Shown here piece after piece: positions 19,671 through 30,086 of a stretch of DNA of 35,437 nucleotides; within the stretch, counting starts at the first letter, position 1, and every line of letters begins with the position of its first letter. The notes beneath the pieces are model-generated. The model worked only from the letters and a program-made list of their open reading frames with translations, was not told where the DNA came from and did no database searches. The DNA comes from Prasinococcaceae sp. CCMP 1430 (taxonomy: Eukaryota > Plantae > Prasinodermophyta). Position numbers and translations under genes: made by a program. Location of the stretch: contig RQSC01000004.1 in the NCBI GenBank assembly GCA_013416795.1, forward strand, positions 370,498 to 405,934, written 5' to 3'.

Positions 19671-21723
19671 TCACGACGAGAGCAGGCGCTCGACGGCGAC
19701 GTTGACGTTCCCGTTGGCTGCAGTGAGCGCCCGGATGTTCGCCTCGCGATCGTAGAAGCCCATGCTCTGCAGCTGCTCGAGCTGCGACTCGAAGCGGACC
19801 TCCGGCGGTCTGTCGTCGGCGGGCGCCGCCGGAGCGCCGAATGCCCCCCCTCCGAGGCCGCCCATCAGACCGCCGAACCCGAGCGGGTCGGCGTTCGTAT
19901 CCCCGCCCATGGCCTCATTCATCTGCTGCATTGCGCGCTGCATGTTCGCCATCGCGCTCAGCGCCTGCGGGTTGAGCATCGCGCGGATGGCCTCTGGGTT
20001 GGCGAGGGTCTCACGAAGCTGGGGATTCTGCGCCATGGCCGCCTGCATCTGCGGGTTGGCGTTCATCATCTGCTCGAGCATGGCCGGGTTCTCCAGCGCC
20101 CGCTCCATCGCCTGCTGAAACATGGGGTTCTGCATCATCTGCGCCATGGCATCCATCGAGTCGGCGCCCCCGCCCGCGCCCGCGCCGGCGCCGCCGAGGC
20201 CTCCGAAGAGACCGCCCATGCCCATGCCGCCGAGGCCGCCACCCGCGCCTGCGCCCGCGCCTCCGAACAACCCCGCAAGGGGGTTTGCCCCGCCCCCCGC
20301 CCCAGCGCCTGCCCCAGCTCCGGCGCCGGCGCCGGCGTTCGCCCCAGCCGCGGGGGCCTGCGCCCCAGCCGGCGCCCACGGATTAGGCAGCGGCGCGACG
20401 TTTGGCGCGCCCTCCGTGGCAGGCGGCGCCGTGCGCGCCGCCTGCCCCCCTCCGTCGGCGGCGTTACCACCGTCCCTGGCCTGCGCGGCGTCCATGAGCG
20501 GCTCCTGCACGTTCTCGTACATCCTGCGCAGTGCGTTGAAGCCCTCCGGGTGGCTCTCGATGTTGGCCAGCGCGCGGTCGCTCGCAGCGTTCTGCGCACG
20601 CTGCAGCTCCGGATTGGTCGCCACCTGCATTGCCTGGCGCAGCACCTCCGGATCGCGCAGCACGTGCGCGAGTTCGGGGTTGCGCTCGGCCAGGGCGCGC
20701 AGCTGCGGATTGGCTTCGACCATGCCCTGCAGAAGCTCGGGGTTGGCGAGCAGCGACTGCGTGAGCGGCGACTGCATGACCTCGCGCATCATGTCCGGGT
20801 TCTGGGCGAGCGCCTCCGGGCTGAGGCCAGGCATGCCGCCGCCCCCCAACCCGCCCAGGCCGCCGAACATGCCACCAAACGGGTCCGCTGCGCCGGGCGC
20901 AGTGCGCGGCGCGGCGCCTGTGCCGGGCGCGTTGGCCGCAGCACCGCCGCCCGCGGCCGCAGCGCCGCCTGCCGGCGGAGAGGCTGCGGGAGAGGCGGCG
21001 CCCGCGGGTGGGTTGGAGCGCACGAGGTGCATTGTGTGGCCGCTCGCGAACCCGTAGCTCTCCAGTGTGCGCTGTCGAGCGCCGATCGTGCGCGCGCCGC
21101 AGCGTCGCGCGCCACCGCGTCAGCGCAGGAACATGTGCGTTAGCTTCCCGGCGCTTGACCTTCGAGTCGGCAGCCCAGGGAGCGATCGTTCACGCCGCAC
21201 GGCGCGCCACCCTTGTGCCATCCTGAACACCAAGCGGGTCGTGTAGACCCATGCGAGTGCCCAACACCCGCGTTGGCGCACAGAAAAAGGGCGCGCGAGG
21301 GCGCGGCGCGGCGACGCGCGGCCGCGGCGCCACGCGCAAGGCAGCTGTCTCCCAGATCCTGGCCATGAGCGGTGCGGAAGTGGCCCAACCTCCTTGCAAG
21401 TGGCCATCCCGCCACACTCCGCCTCTGCCAAGCACATCCACCACACTCACATCCTGCCCTCCGTCGCAAGCCTGCTATGTGCGCTGCGTGAAAGCGCTCG
21501 CGCGCCTCTGGGGCGTGCAGCGCGCGCTCACCTCGTCCTTGAGCACATGACCCTTGTAAATGAGCCTCTGCCTCTCTGCGGGCACGCCCGCCTTGTCCTC
21601 CGCCGCCAGCGCCGCCTTGAGGTCCGCCACTGGCTTGGCCGGGTCGACGCCGTCGACGGCGACCGTCTCGTGCGTCGCGGTGATCTTCACGCTCACGCTC
21701 ACGCGCTCCCCGGCGTCCGCCAT
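19671..21723 (-). CDS. DSK2: Ubiquilin/DSK2 (UBL-STI1-UBA); intron 21072-21531
   Basis: UBL QRLIYKGHVLKDE|RTLESYG...HLV, STI1 NP repeats, DRALANIESHPEGFNALRRMY, PLPNPW, UBA QLEQLQSMGF..ANIRAL....GNVN.AVERLL. Confidence 0.95.
21131..21195 (-). ncRNA. Candidate intronic single-hairpin box H/ACA snoRNA
   Basis: Lower stem GCGT/ACGC followed by ACA+3 nt. Upper stem GGC-GC-GAC/GTC-GC-GCC. 3' pocket GGGAAGCU and 5' pocket GCU-C-CCU are complementary to conserved LSU AGUUUCCC[U]C AGG-AU-AGC. 13 nt lie between upper stem and ACA. Confidence 0.55.
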
Positions 21724-21827
21724 CGCGCGGCCACGCCGCGCGCCCGCGCGCCGTTGCTCGCCGTGCCGTCTGCGCCTGCTGCCTACGCGCCGCCGCTTCT
21801 TCCGCCGCCCGCATCGCCCCGACGGCG

Positions 21828-23015
21828 ATGGCGCTCGTGGTGATGTGCGGCCTGCCCTGCTCCGGGAAGAGCGCCGCGGCCGCGGCGCTCGCCGAGCGGA
21901 TTGGAGCGCGCGATGCGCCGCTCAAGGCGGTGGTGGTCGACGAGCCGTCGCTGCACCTCTCGCGCGGCGCGTACGCGTCCATGCGCACAGAGAAGGAGTC
22001 GCGCGCTACGCTGCGCTCCGCGGTCGATCGAGCTGCCTCCAAGAGCTCCGTCGTCATCGTGGACGCCATGAACGCAATCAAAGGGTACAGGTGCGGGGGC
22101 AGGCCGCGGCGGCCGGGCGAGCGCTCTGCGACTGGCGCCCTCACGAGCAGCAGCGGGTTGAGCGCGCGGCCGCTGACGCCCCCGCTTCCCTTCCTCCCGC
22201 GCGTGAGCGCCCACGCTCGCGGCAGGTACGAGCTGTGGTGCATCGCTCGATCGGCGGGCCTCCGCTACTGCGTGGTGCACTGTGACTGCTCGGCGGCCGC
22301 CGCAGCTGCGTGCAACGCTGCGAGCGGTGAGGACGGCCCCGCGGGCGCACGCGCAAGCCGCTGGCCAGCGGAGGTCATGACCGACCTGTGCGCGCGCTTC
22401 GAGCGCCCAGATGCGCGCAACCGCTGGGACAAGCCGCTCTTCACGCTGCACACGGGGGCTGAGCTGCCCGGCGGCGGAGGCACGGGCGCGGCGGGTGGTG
22501 GCGTGACGGTCGAGTCGGTGCTGCCGTCGATTGCCACGCCTTCCGGCACAATCGTGCACGGCGCAACGGAGAAGCGGCCGCGTGAGGAGGTGCTTGCGGC
22601 GGCAGTGGCGCACGTGCTCGGCGAGGCGGCTCCGGGCGGTGGCGGCGGATCCGCCGCCGGCGCTAGCCACGGCGGCCTTACCCAGGGCCTGGCGACCATC
22701 GCCCAGCGGCCGTCGAGCAACGCGAACGCGCTCGCCGAGCTCGACGCGGCGGCCAACCGGGTCATCGAGGCCATCATGGCCGCCCAGGCCGCAAGTGGCA
22801 CCGGCGCGGCGGGCAAGCTGCAATTCGGCGCGGACGCGGTCCAGCTGTCGCAACCGCTGCCGCTGCCTGCGCTGCGACGCTTCAAGCGCTCGTTCGCGAA
22901 GCTCATCAACGGCACGCTCGGCGGGCGCGGGCAGGTGCCAACCGGCGCCGCCGCGGAGGGCATGTTCGCATCCTTCGTCGCCAAGAATGCCAGCGTGCAG
23001 GGTGCCACGCGCTGA
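21828..23015 (+). CDS. KTI12: KTI12 (Elongator-associated P-loop protein); intron 22091-22225
   Basis: LVVMCGLPCSGKS, EKESRATLRSAVDR, IVDAMNAIKGYR|YELWC, RFERPDARNRWDKPLF, LRRFKRSF.K. Confidence 0.95.
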   Translation: MALVVMCGLPCSGKSAAAAALAERIGARDAPLKAVVVDEPSLHLSRGAYASMRTEKESRATLRSAVDRAASKSSVVIVDAMNAIKGYRCGGRPRRPGERSATGALTSSSGLSARPLTPPLPFLPRVSAHARGRYELWCIARSAGLRYCVVHCDCSAAAAAACNAASGEDGPAGARASRWPAEVMTDLCARFERPDARNRWDKPLFTLHTGAELPGGGGTGAAGGGVTVESVLPSIATPSGTIVHGATEKRPREEVLAAAVAHVLGEAAPGGGGGSAAGASHGGLTQGLATIAQRPSSNANALAELDAAANRVIEAIMAAQAASGTGAAGKLQFGADAVQLSQPLPLPALRRFKRSFAKLINGTLGGRGQVPTGAAAEGMFASFVAKNASVQGATR

Positions 23016-23070
23016 CGCCACAGCGCCTGGCTGTATACTTTTGTACATTGGATATTACACACGAGCGCGC

Positions 23071-24301
23071 TCACGAGTTTCCCTCGCCTTCGCTGGCAGC
23101 GCCGCCCGCTGCGTCGGCACTCCCGTCGTCGGAGTGCGAGCCAGCGGTGGGGGCCGAGGCCTCGTCCGCTGCAGGCGCGTCGGCTGCCTCTTCGAAATCA
23201 CCAAAGGCGTCGTCGTCGAACTCGAAGTCGCCTCGGTCGGCGACGGGAGCGCCCTGCTGCGTGGCCACGGCCGCGGCGGTAGCGGGCTCGTCAAAGCTCG
23301 CCCAGCCGCCAGCGTCCGCGGACGGCTGCTGTGCCGCAGGGGCGGGAGCGCCGGCCCCGGGTGCGCGAGGCGGTGGTGTTAGCCCCATGGCAGCCTTCGG
23401 GGCGCCCGACTTGCCCCCGATACCGCTGTTTGTGACCCACGCTGGGAAGCCACCAGCCGGTGGCGCCACCAGCGGGATGCCTGTGGTGCTCGTCCCGGGC
23501 GAGGGCGGTGCGAGCTGCGCCTTCAGCGCGGCCCTTCTCTTGGCCGCCTCGCTCGTCTCGGGCTTGAACTTCGCCTTTATCTTGATGGTCTCCCCCTCCT
23601 TCATCTTGAACTTGCCGCTATTGAGGGCCTCCGTAGGCAGCGCCTCGATCTCCTTCGCGAGCGCCTCGGCCTCTTTCTCCTGCCTGAGCCAGCGGTTCGC
23701 CTCGGAGAGTGCTGCGAGAAAGTCGCTCGCGTGCTCGCGCTGGCGGAAGCCTTGTGGGGAAGGGAGCGCATGCGCATGCGCGCGTCGCGGTGCGGGCGCG
23801 CGTATTATGTGGAAGGGAGGAGCGGGCCAGCGTGAGCGAGGCATCAGCAGCGGCGCCGCCGCGGAGAACGGCCGCGGGAGAGGCCTCCCTCGCGTCGCTG
23901 GCGCGGCCGCGCCGCGTGCACGCACCGATGCCCAGAAAGGCCTTGCGGTCGCCGGCGGACACGCGCAGCACGAAGTACCGCGAGGAGTCGACGACTGGCT
24001 CGACCGCGTCGAGGCCGCCCGGCGCCTCCACGAAGAGCTCCTTGGTGTCGGCGTCCTCCAGCACGGTCACGCACTGGGAGCCGCGCATCACCACGCGCAT
24101 CGCCCGCACGAATTGCCACTTCTCGACGTCCCACTCCTCGGCTCGCACACCGGCGGCGGAGCGCCTCGGCGGAATCGAGTAGATCGCCACCCAGTCGCAC
24201 CTGAACAGCACGTGGTCGGTCGCCTCGTAGCCGTCAACGTCGGCAGACGGGTCGTCGCCGCCGCTGCCAGCAGCGGCGGAAGGGGCGGGGGCGCCCGCCA
24301 T
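23071..24301 (-). CDS. NECAP: Adaptin ear-binding coat-associated protein (NECAP, PHear domain); intron 23751-23925
   Basis: YSIPPR...RAEEW...LED..TKELF..AP...VEPVVDSSRYFVLRV...AFLGIG|F..R..A.DF; KMKEGETIKIK; WASF motif and acidic DDAFGDF. Confidence 0.93.
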
Positions 24302-24407
24302 CGCGCGCGGCGCGACGGTGCCGCGGCGGATCGCGCGCATCGCCGCCCGGGCGGCGCGCGCGGCTCCCCCACTCCGCTATCCCCGCGCCGCCGCGCGGCT
24401 GCGCGCG

Positions 24408-24596
24408 ATGCTGCTGCGCCGCAAGCCGACGCGCATCGAGCTGCGCGCGGTCGACAAGGAGGAGTATGAGGACGCGAAGCGCAAGATGATCGCCGAGGCG
24501 CGCGCCGAGGCGGAGAAGCGGGGCGAGGCCTTCGAGCCGCTCTCGGCGAGCAAGCAGCAGCGCAGCACCGCTCAGCGGCTTGGCCTCAACAAGTAG
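24408..24596 (+). CDS. CDC26: APC/C subunit CDC26
   Basis: N-terminus MLLRRKPTRIEL...DKEEYE matches the CDC26 signature MLRRKPTRLEL; 62 aa. Confidence 0.88.
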   Translation: MLLRRKPTRIELRAVDKEEYEDAKRKMIAEARAEAEKRGEAFEPLSASKQQRSTAQRLGLNK

Positions 24597-24786
24597 CGCG
24601 GCCGGGCGCGGCGCCGCGACGCCTGCGCTGCCGCCCGCCGCCCGCAGGCCTTGGCGGACCCGCTGAAACACTCCCTGTTGTTGTACGAGGCACCGCCCTC
24701 GCCGCGCGCGACGTCCGCGCGCGCGTCGGAGCTGCTGCCGCCGTGGCGCGCGCGCCGAAGGAGGAAGGAAGGGGAAGCGGAGGCGA

Positions 24787-24817
<31 letters not shown>

Positions 24818-24834
24818 GGGGGGGGGGGGGGGGG
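24787..24834. repeat. Abutting homopolymers C29-G19 (self-complementary)
   Basis: Read directly from the sequence. Confidence 0.9.
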
Positions 24835-25173
24835 AGGCGCGTCGCGCGACACGAGTCCCAGCGAGCCGCCCGCGGCTTTCGAAAAGAAACAATGCCCGAA
24901 CGCATTGAGGGTCTGCGTTTCGTGCACACACACGTGCATATTGATATTATTTCTGCGACGCTTCGATGGCGTAGAATGCATGGACTGCCCCAAATGACCC
25001 TAAACACGCATGCAGCGCCGCCGGCGAGCCGCGGCGCCCAGGACGAGGAGGAGCTCGTCTTGCCGCAACAGGTAGAGGCTGCTGGGGGCCGCGGCGGGCA
25101 CGGCAGTCAGCAGCGCGGCGGGAGCGCGCGTAATAGGGGGCACCCAAGGCGCGTGGCGATCGGCCGCGACCAC

Positions 25174-26250
25174 TCACGGCGCGGAGCGACTCGGGAGCGG
25201 GCCGCCGCCGGCGAAGTCTGCCGCCGCTGCGAGGAAGTCGGCATCCGCCGGCACGCGGTGGCCGCCCTCGCGCACACGCCACACGCCCAGCCGCGCCGTG
25301 GGGAGCGCCGCCTCGAATGCAGCCACGCCCTCGTCGAACGGCGCTGAGCTCCGCGCACGCGTGCGCGGGTGCGCGCGCGTACGCGCGTGGGTGGGATGGG
25401 GTCGGCGATTGGACGCGCTGTCAGCACGACGAGGGCCCACGGGCGCGTCAGCGTGCAGAGCCGGCCGCGCGTGGCTCGCGCCGCCTCGCACCGACCGCGT
25501 CGTCCTCCGCCCACGCGAGGAGGACTGGCACACCACCTTCCCCCTGGTGGCCGAGTTTGGCCAGGTCGCGCGCGCCGGCGCCGCCTGTCATGCCCGCGGG
25601 GGCGCAGAGCACGAGCCGGCTGACGAGCTGCGGGTAGGCCGCTGCGAAGCTGGCCGCCAGCCTGCCGCCCCAGCTCTTACCCATGACGACGGCGAAGCCG
25701 ATACCCGCCGGCTGGAGCTGCTCCAGCACGAGCTGCACGCTCGCTCGCATCTCGGCGTCGGGCCGCCTGGACGGCGCTTCCTCCGCGCTGTGCCACACAG
25801 GCATCGCGACACGCATGCCCATCGCGGCGAGCCTTGGGCCGAACGGCGCCCACTCCGACTCGGTGCCCTTCGCCGCGCCGTGCAAAAGCAGCGCCATCCC
25901 TCGCAGGCCGTCGTCGCCCGCTCGCTCCGCGTCCTCGGCCGGCCCATGCCGCGACGCCTGCGGCAGCTGCGGCTCCCACACGCGAACGCGGACGGTCCCG
26001 ATGTGCGTCGGCAGTTCCACCTCGCGCTCGCGCATGGCCCGCGGTGCCACCGCGCCGCCCGCGCGGCGCCAGACCCCACCGTCGGGCATCCGCTGCGCCG
26101 CCGAGGCATCAACCCTCGGGCCCGCGGCCCGCGGGGCCAGCACGCGCGCCAGTGTGCAGACGCCTGCGAGCGCCAGCAGTGCTCCCGCCCACACCGCCAG
26201 GCGCGAGCCGCTGACGTGCGGCCGCGGGCTGGCGGGCGCTCGAACGAATG
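25174..26250 (-). CDS. Alpha/beta-fold hydrolase (ABHD14-like); intron 25344-25491; start uncertain
   Basis: LLLHGA, nucleophile motif GKSWGG, LVLCAP, VLLAWAEDD (Asp), GGH (His). N-terminal hydrophobic segment LAVWAGALLALAGVCTLA. Confidence 0.8.
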
Positions 26251-26762
26251 GGTGGACGTCGAGACGTGGGCTGCGGCGGCGGCGCCGGGGAGCGCGTGCG
26301 CGTGCACCTGCGCCGTCGCCAGCTTCTGCATACACTCGCCTCGCGGGGCCGCCTGGGCGCCCCCCCGCTGGCCCCTGCCTTGGGCGCGCCGTGTGGAGCG
26401 CGGCGCGACCCGAAAATGACAACAGTTCTCTCCGTCGCGTCGACCAACAGGATTCTATCGTGCAACCCAGCTCTCTCGCAGCGACAGCGGACGCGTGGCA
26501 GCGTTCGATCCGGCGGAGTTGCCAACGCCACAGATGTGCTTTTATTTGGGGAAGCACCGGCCTCCGCGCGCTCGCGCGCTCGCGTGCGAACCGGCTGCCC
26601 ACCTCAACCTCGCGCGCACCCTCACCCATGCCTACCGCATGAGCGAGACAGCGGAGGAGCAAAACTGCCGTGCTCATTGTTTCTCACCACCCCTCCAACT
26701 CACCCCACGCTCGATCCCCCGCCGACGGAAGAGCATGGAGCCGTACAGTAGCCTCCCTCACA

Positions 26763-29700
26763 TCACAAGGGGGGAGGCAGGGCCGTGCCCGAGAGCAGCG
26801 CACCCAGTCCACCGCCAATCGCATCTGAGCCGATGCCGACGTCCGCCGCTGACAGCGCCCCAGAGGGTAGCAGGCCGTCCTCGTCCTCGCCGTCGCTCGG
26901 CCCCCACTCGTCGTCGCTCAGGAGGCTACCCGCACCGCCGCTGTCCGGCAGGCTCGATGCTCCCTCGGCGCTGCCCCTGTCCTTGGCCTCGGGAGGCTTC
27001 GTCGGAAGCATGGCCGCATTGCCCTTCTCTGCTGCGGCAGCGGCCGCCATCCAGGCCTCCTCCAGCGCGTCGAGCGCTGCGTCGGCGGCAATGGCGGCCC
27101 TGCCAGCGCCTTCGCCCGCGCGCACGCGGCAGGCCAGCAGCTCGGCGCCGTGCCGCGTGAGGGCTGGGCAGCCGTGCAGCGCGCGGCACGCGCCCACGAA
27201 CTCGGGCCGCGAGCAGAGCGCCGCGAGCGCCGTGCGGCACGCGCGTTCGGCCTCGTAGACGCCCATCGCCTGCGGGCCGAGCACAACGGTGGTGGTGGTT
27301 GCGGCCACGTCCTTGTCCTTGCTCTTGCCCCTACCCTTGCCCTTGCCGCCGGCACCGTCCTTGGGGACCGTCTTCTTCGCCGCCAGGCTCGCCTCCTCGC
27401 CAGGCTTGTCCTCGCTCCGCGTGGCGGCTGCTAGGGACGGCAAGCTCGCGTGCAGCGTCAGGCACAGGCGCGCGAGCAAGTGAGCGAGCCCCGCGTGGCT
27501 GAGTAACGCCTCGCGCGCGGGAGCGTGCTCGAGGAGCCGTGGCACGAGTCGCAGCACGTCCAGGCCGGCTTGCACGGCGAGCGGCTTGTTGCGCAGCGCA
27601 CTCTTGCACATGCCTGCCAGAGCCATCACCACAACGCGCGCGAGCCGGCGCAGGTCCTCCCCATCGCCGAGCGCGTCTGCACCCTTGGCGATGAGCACTG
27701 CCAGCGCAACGCCGCAGCCACGCGCGGCCGCCTCGGCCATGTGAAACGAGAGCGGGCCGCCGGTGGCCGCGCACGCCTCGCCGTGCCACGGCTCGCGCGG
27801 CACGCCCCACACCGCGGCGACACTCTTCTCGTTGATGCCGTCCATCCGGAACTCGCGCGCGGCCGCCGCTTCCGGCATATCAATGCCGGCCAGCGGGGCG
27901 AGCGCGTCGGTCAACGAGTCCGAGGCGGCGAGACACGTGTCGAGCGTTTCCTCCAGGCTCGGCAGTGCGCCGATGGCGCCCGTCTCGCCACCGGACGTGC
28001 CCACACGCGCGACGGCGGATGCCAGAACGCCACCGAGGGCGACTGCTGCGGCCGACTCGTCCGCCCGGCCCGCTGTGGAAGCGGAGGCGTTCGCCGCGCC
28101 GGACTCCGCTGCGCCATCGCCCGCGTTTCCCGCCTGCGAGAAGAAGACGCCCGAGCCCATGGCCATTGCGTCCGACTCTAGGCGGCGGCACCAGCGGCGG
28201 CCGTTGGCCAGCGCCGCGAGCGCCGCGAGCGCGGCGGGCGCGATCTCGCCTGCCGCGGCCGATCCCAAGAACGCGCTGCCGCCGCCATCACTCGCGTGCG
28301 CGGCGTTGCGCGCGATGCCGAGCAGCCCACTGATCGCGCTGCTCGAGCTCGTCACGGTGCGCGCCGCGTCGTCGCGCTCGGCGGGCCGTCCATGCGGCGC
28401 TTTGCCGCGCTGCGCGGCGTAGGAGCACAGGGCGCCCGTCACGCGCTCAGCGAGCTCGCCGGGATCGAGCGCACCCACGGGCACGCCGACGCCGTCGCGG
28501 ATGACGTAGCGAGGCAGCGCGGCCGGCCAGAAGGCTAGGCGCTGCTCCTTGGCCAGCTGAGAATCGGTCGTGCCGAGCACCACCTCGCGCAGGTGCAGGC
28601 CCGGGTTGGCGTCGGCGGCGGTCGCCACGGCGTCAAGCGCGGTGAGCATGTCCTCGACGGTCTTCATCTTGGCGTCGCTGCTCCACACGCGGCTCATGTC
28701 GAGGCGCGTCAGGCTGGTGTTGACGCTGAGCGCTGCTGCGAGCACCTCAGCGAGGTCGAGCGCCTGACGCATGGTGGACAGCGGCACCGCCGGCTTTTGC
28801 GGCAGCCACGACGCCGTCTTCTGCAGCAGACGCAGCCTCGAGTCCGCGCGGACCGGCCTCGCCAGCGCCTCGGGCGTTAGCTCGAGCGTCGAGCCGATGG
28901 TGTTGTCGACGATCGCACGGATGGGCACGCCGTCGAGCACCATGAGCGGTGGCGGCAGCCCCAGCAGGCGGCTGGCGGGCAGCGCCGCGCCCGCGCCGGC
29001 GCCGTCCCCCGCGCCCCCCTGGGCGGCGGCGGACGCGCCCACGGCCTGCAGGCCGCTGGCGAGCGCCTGGGCGATCTCGCGCACCACCTTGTCGGCGTAG
29101 TGGCCGTCGTTGCCGCGCAGATCGAGCACGCGCATGTTCTGCGCAGCAAGTGCGGCTGCGGCGACCGCCCAGCAGGCGGACTGGCTGAGCTCGTTCTCCG
29201 CCGCTCGCAGCTCCCAGAGCGAGCGCGCCTCCGGCAGCGCCGAGGCGAGCGCGAATGCGCCGGCGTCGCCCATCGAGTTCTTCGACAGGTCGAGCATACG
29301 CAGCGCGCACGCCGACGGCGTCGTGAGCGCGGCCGCGATCGACGTGATACCCTCTGGGCGGAGGTTGGTCTCCGCGAGGCACAGGGTCTGCAGGCGCCAG
29401 TTGGTCTTGAGCGCCGCGCCGAGCGCCGCCGCGCCGTTGATGCCCATGTTGATGCGCGCAGGCCGGATGCGCAGCGTGCGCACCGCCACGCTCGCGCGGT
29501 TCTGCGCGTCGCCTGCCATCAGCGCCGCGAGCTCCTTGGCGGCGGGCAGCCGCATGCCCTCCAGGTCCACCTCCATCTCCTCGAGCGCGGGGCACGCCGC
29601 GAAGATGGAGCGCAGAGCGTTTAGCGACAGCGACACGCCGCCGAGCTTGAGGCAGCGCAGCGCGGGGCAGCCGCGCTGCCCGAGCGCCGCCGCGACGCCC

Positions 29701-30086
29701 GCACCGGTGAGCCTCGTGCAGCCGGTCGCATCGAGGTACTGCAGCTCGCTGCCGCGCAGCGCCTCGTTTGCGCCGCGGCCGCCACCCGCGGCCGCCCCGC
29801 CCTCGCCGTCCTCGCCCGGCTTGCCCTGCTGAGGGCAGCTCCACGCGAGCAGCGCCTGCAGTGCGGCGTCGTCGACGACGCGATAGCTGCCGAGCTCGAG
29901 CCGCCTGAAGAGCGCGGGCGTCGCCGAGATGTCGCGACGCCAGTCGCGGCAGCACGAGCGGCACGCGAGCCGCTCGCGCAGCGGCAGCAGCAGCAGCATC
30001 TCGTGCATCGCCCGCTCGCGGAACGCGTGGCGCCACACGCAGTCGCCCTCGGCCGCAGCTCCCGCGTCTACCGCGCCGCCCGCCAT
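26763..30086 (-). CDS. F-box / leucine-rich repeat protein (~1107 aa, apparently intronless)
   Basis: F-box-like MLLLLPLRERLACRSCCRDWR, AMN1-type LRRs (LDATGCTRLT, CPALRCLKL), RI-type LRRs (LDLSKNSMGDAGAFALASAL, NTSLTRLDMS), Ala/Leu helical C-terminus. Confidence 0.82.
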   Translation of the reverse strand: MAGGAVDAGAAAEGDCVWRHAFRERAMHEMLLLLPLRERLACRSCCRDWRRDISATPALFRRLELGSYRVVDDAALQALLAWSCPQQGKPGEDGEGGAAAGGGRGANEALRGSELQYLDATGCTRLTGAGVAAALGQRGCPALRCLKLGGVSLSLNALRSIFAACPALEEMEVDLEGMRLPAAKELAALMAGDAQNRASVAVRTLRIRPARINMGINGAAALGAALKTNWRLQTLCLAETNLRPEGITSIAAALTTPSACALRMLDLSKNSMGDAGAFALASALPEARSLWELRAAENELSQSACWAVAAAALAAQNMRVLDLRGNDGHYADKVVREIAQALASGLQAVGASAAAQGGAGDGAGAGAALPASRLLGLPPPLMVLDGVPIRAIVDNTIGSTLELTPEALARPVRADSRLRLLQKTASWLPQKPAVPLSTMRQALDLAEVLAAALSVNTSLTRLDMSRVWSSDAKMKTVEDMLTALDAVATAADANPGLHLREVVLGTTDSQLAKEQRLAFWPAALPRYVIRDGVGVPVGALDPGELAERVTGALCSYAAQRGKAPHGRPAERDDAARTVTSSSSAISGLLGIARNAAHASDGGGSAFLGSAAAGEIAPAALAALAALANGRRWCRRLESDAMAMGSGVFFSQAGNAGDGAAESGAANASASTAGRADESAAAVALGGVLASAVARVGTSGGETGAIGALPSLEETLDTCLAASDSLTDALAPLAGIDMPEAAAAREFRMDGINEKSVAAVWGVPREPWHGEACAATGGPLSFHMAEAAARGCGVALAVLIAKGADALGDGEDLRRLARVVVMALAGMCKSALRNKPLAVQAGLDVLRLVPRLLEHAPAREALLSHAGLAHLLARLCLTLHASLPSLAAATRSEDKPGEEASLAAKKTVPKDGAGGKGKGRGKSKDKDVAATTTTVVLGPQAMGVYEAERACRTALAALCSRPEFVGACRALHGCPALTRHGAELLACRVRAGEGAGRAAIAADAALDALEEAWMAAAAAAEKGNAAMLPTKPPEAKDRGSAEGASSLPDSGGAGSLLSDDEWGPSDGEDEDGLLPSGALSAADVGIGSDAIGGGLGALLSGTALPPPL

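Noticed and set aside
6869-23015. Functional cluster of tRNA-related loci (tRNA-Cys, TrmO, KTI12) or cell-cycle loci (PLK, CDC26, Sfi1-like)
   Set aside because: Interspersed with unrelated housekeeping genes; compatible with chance in a compact genome.
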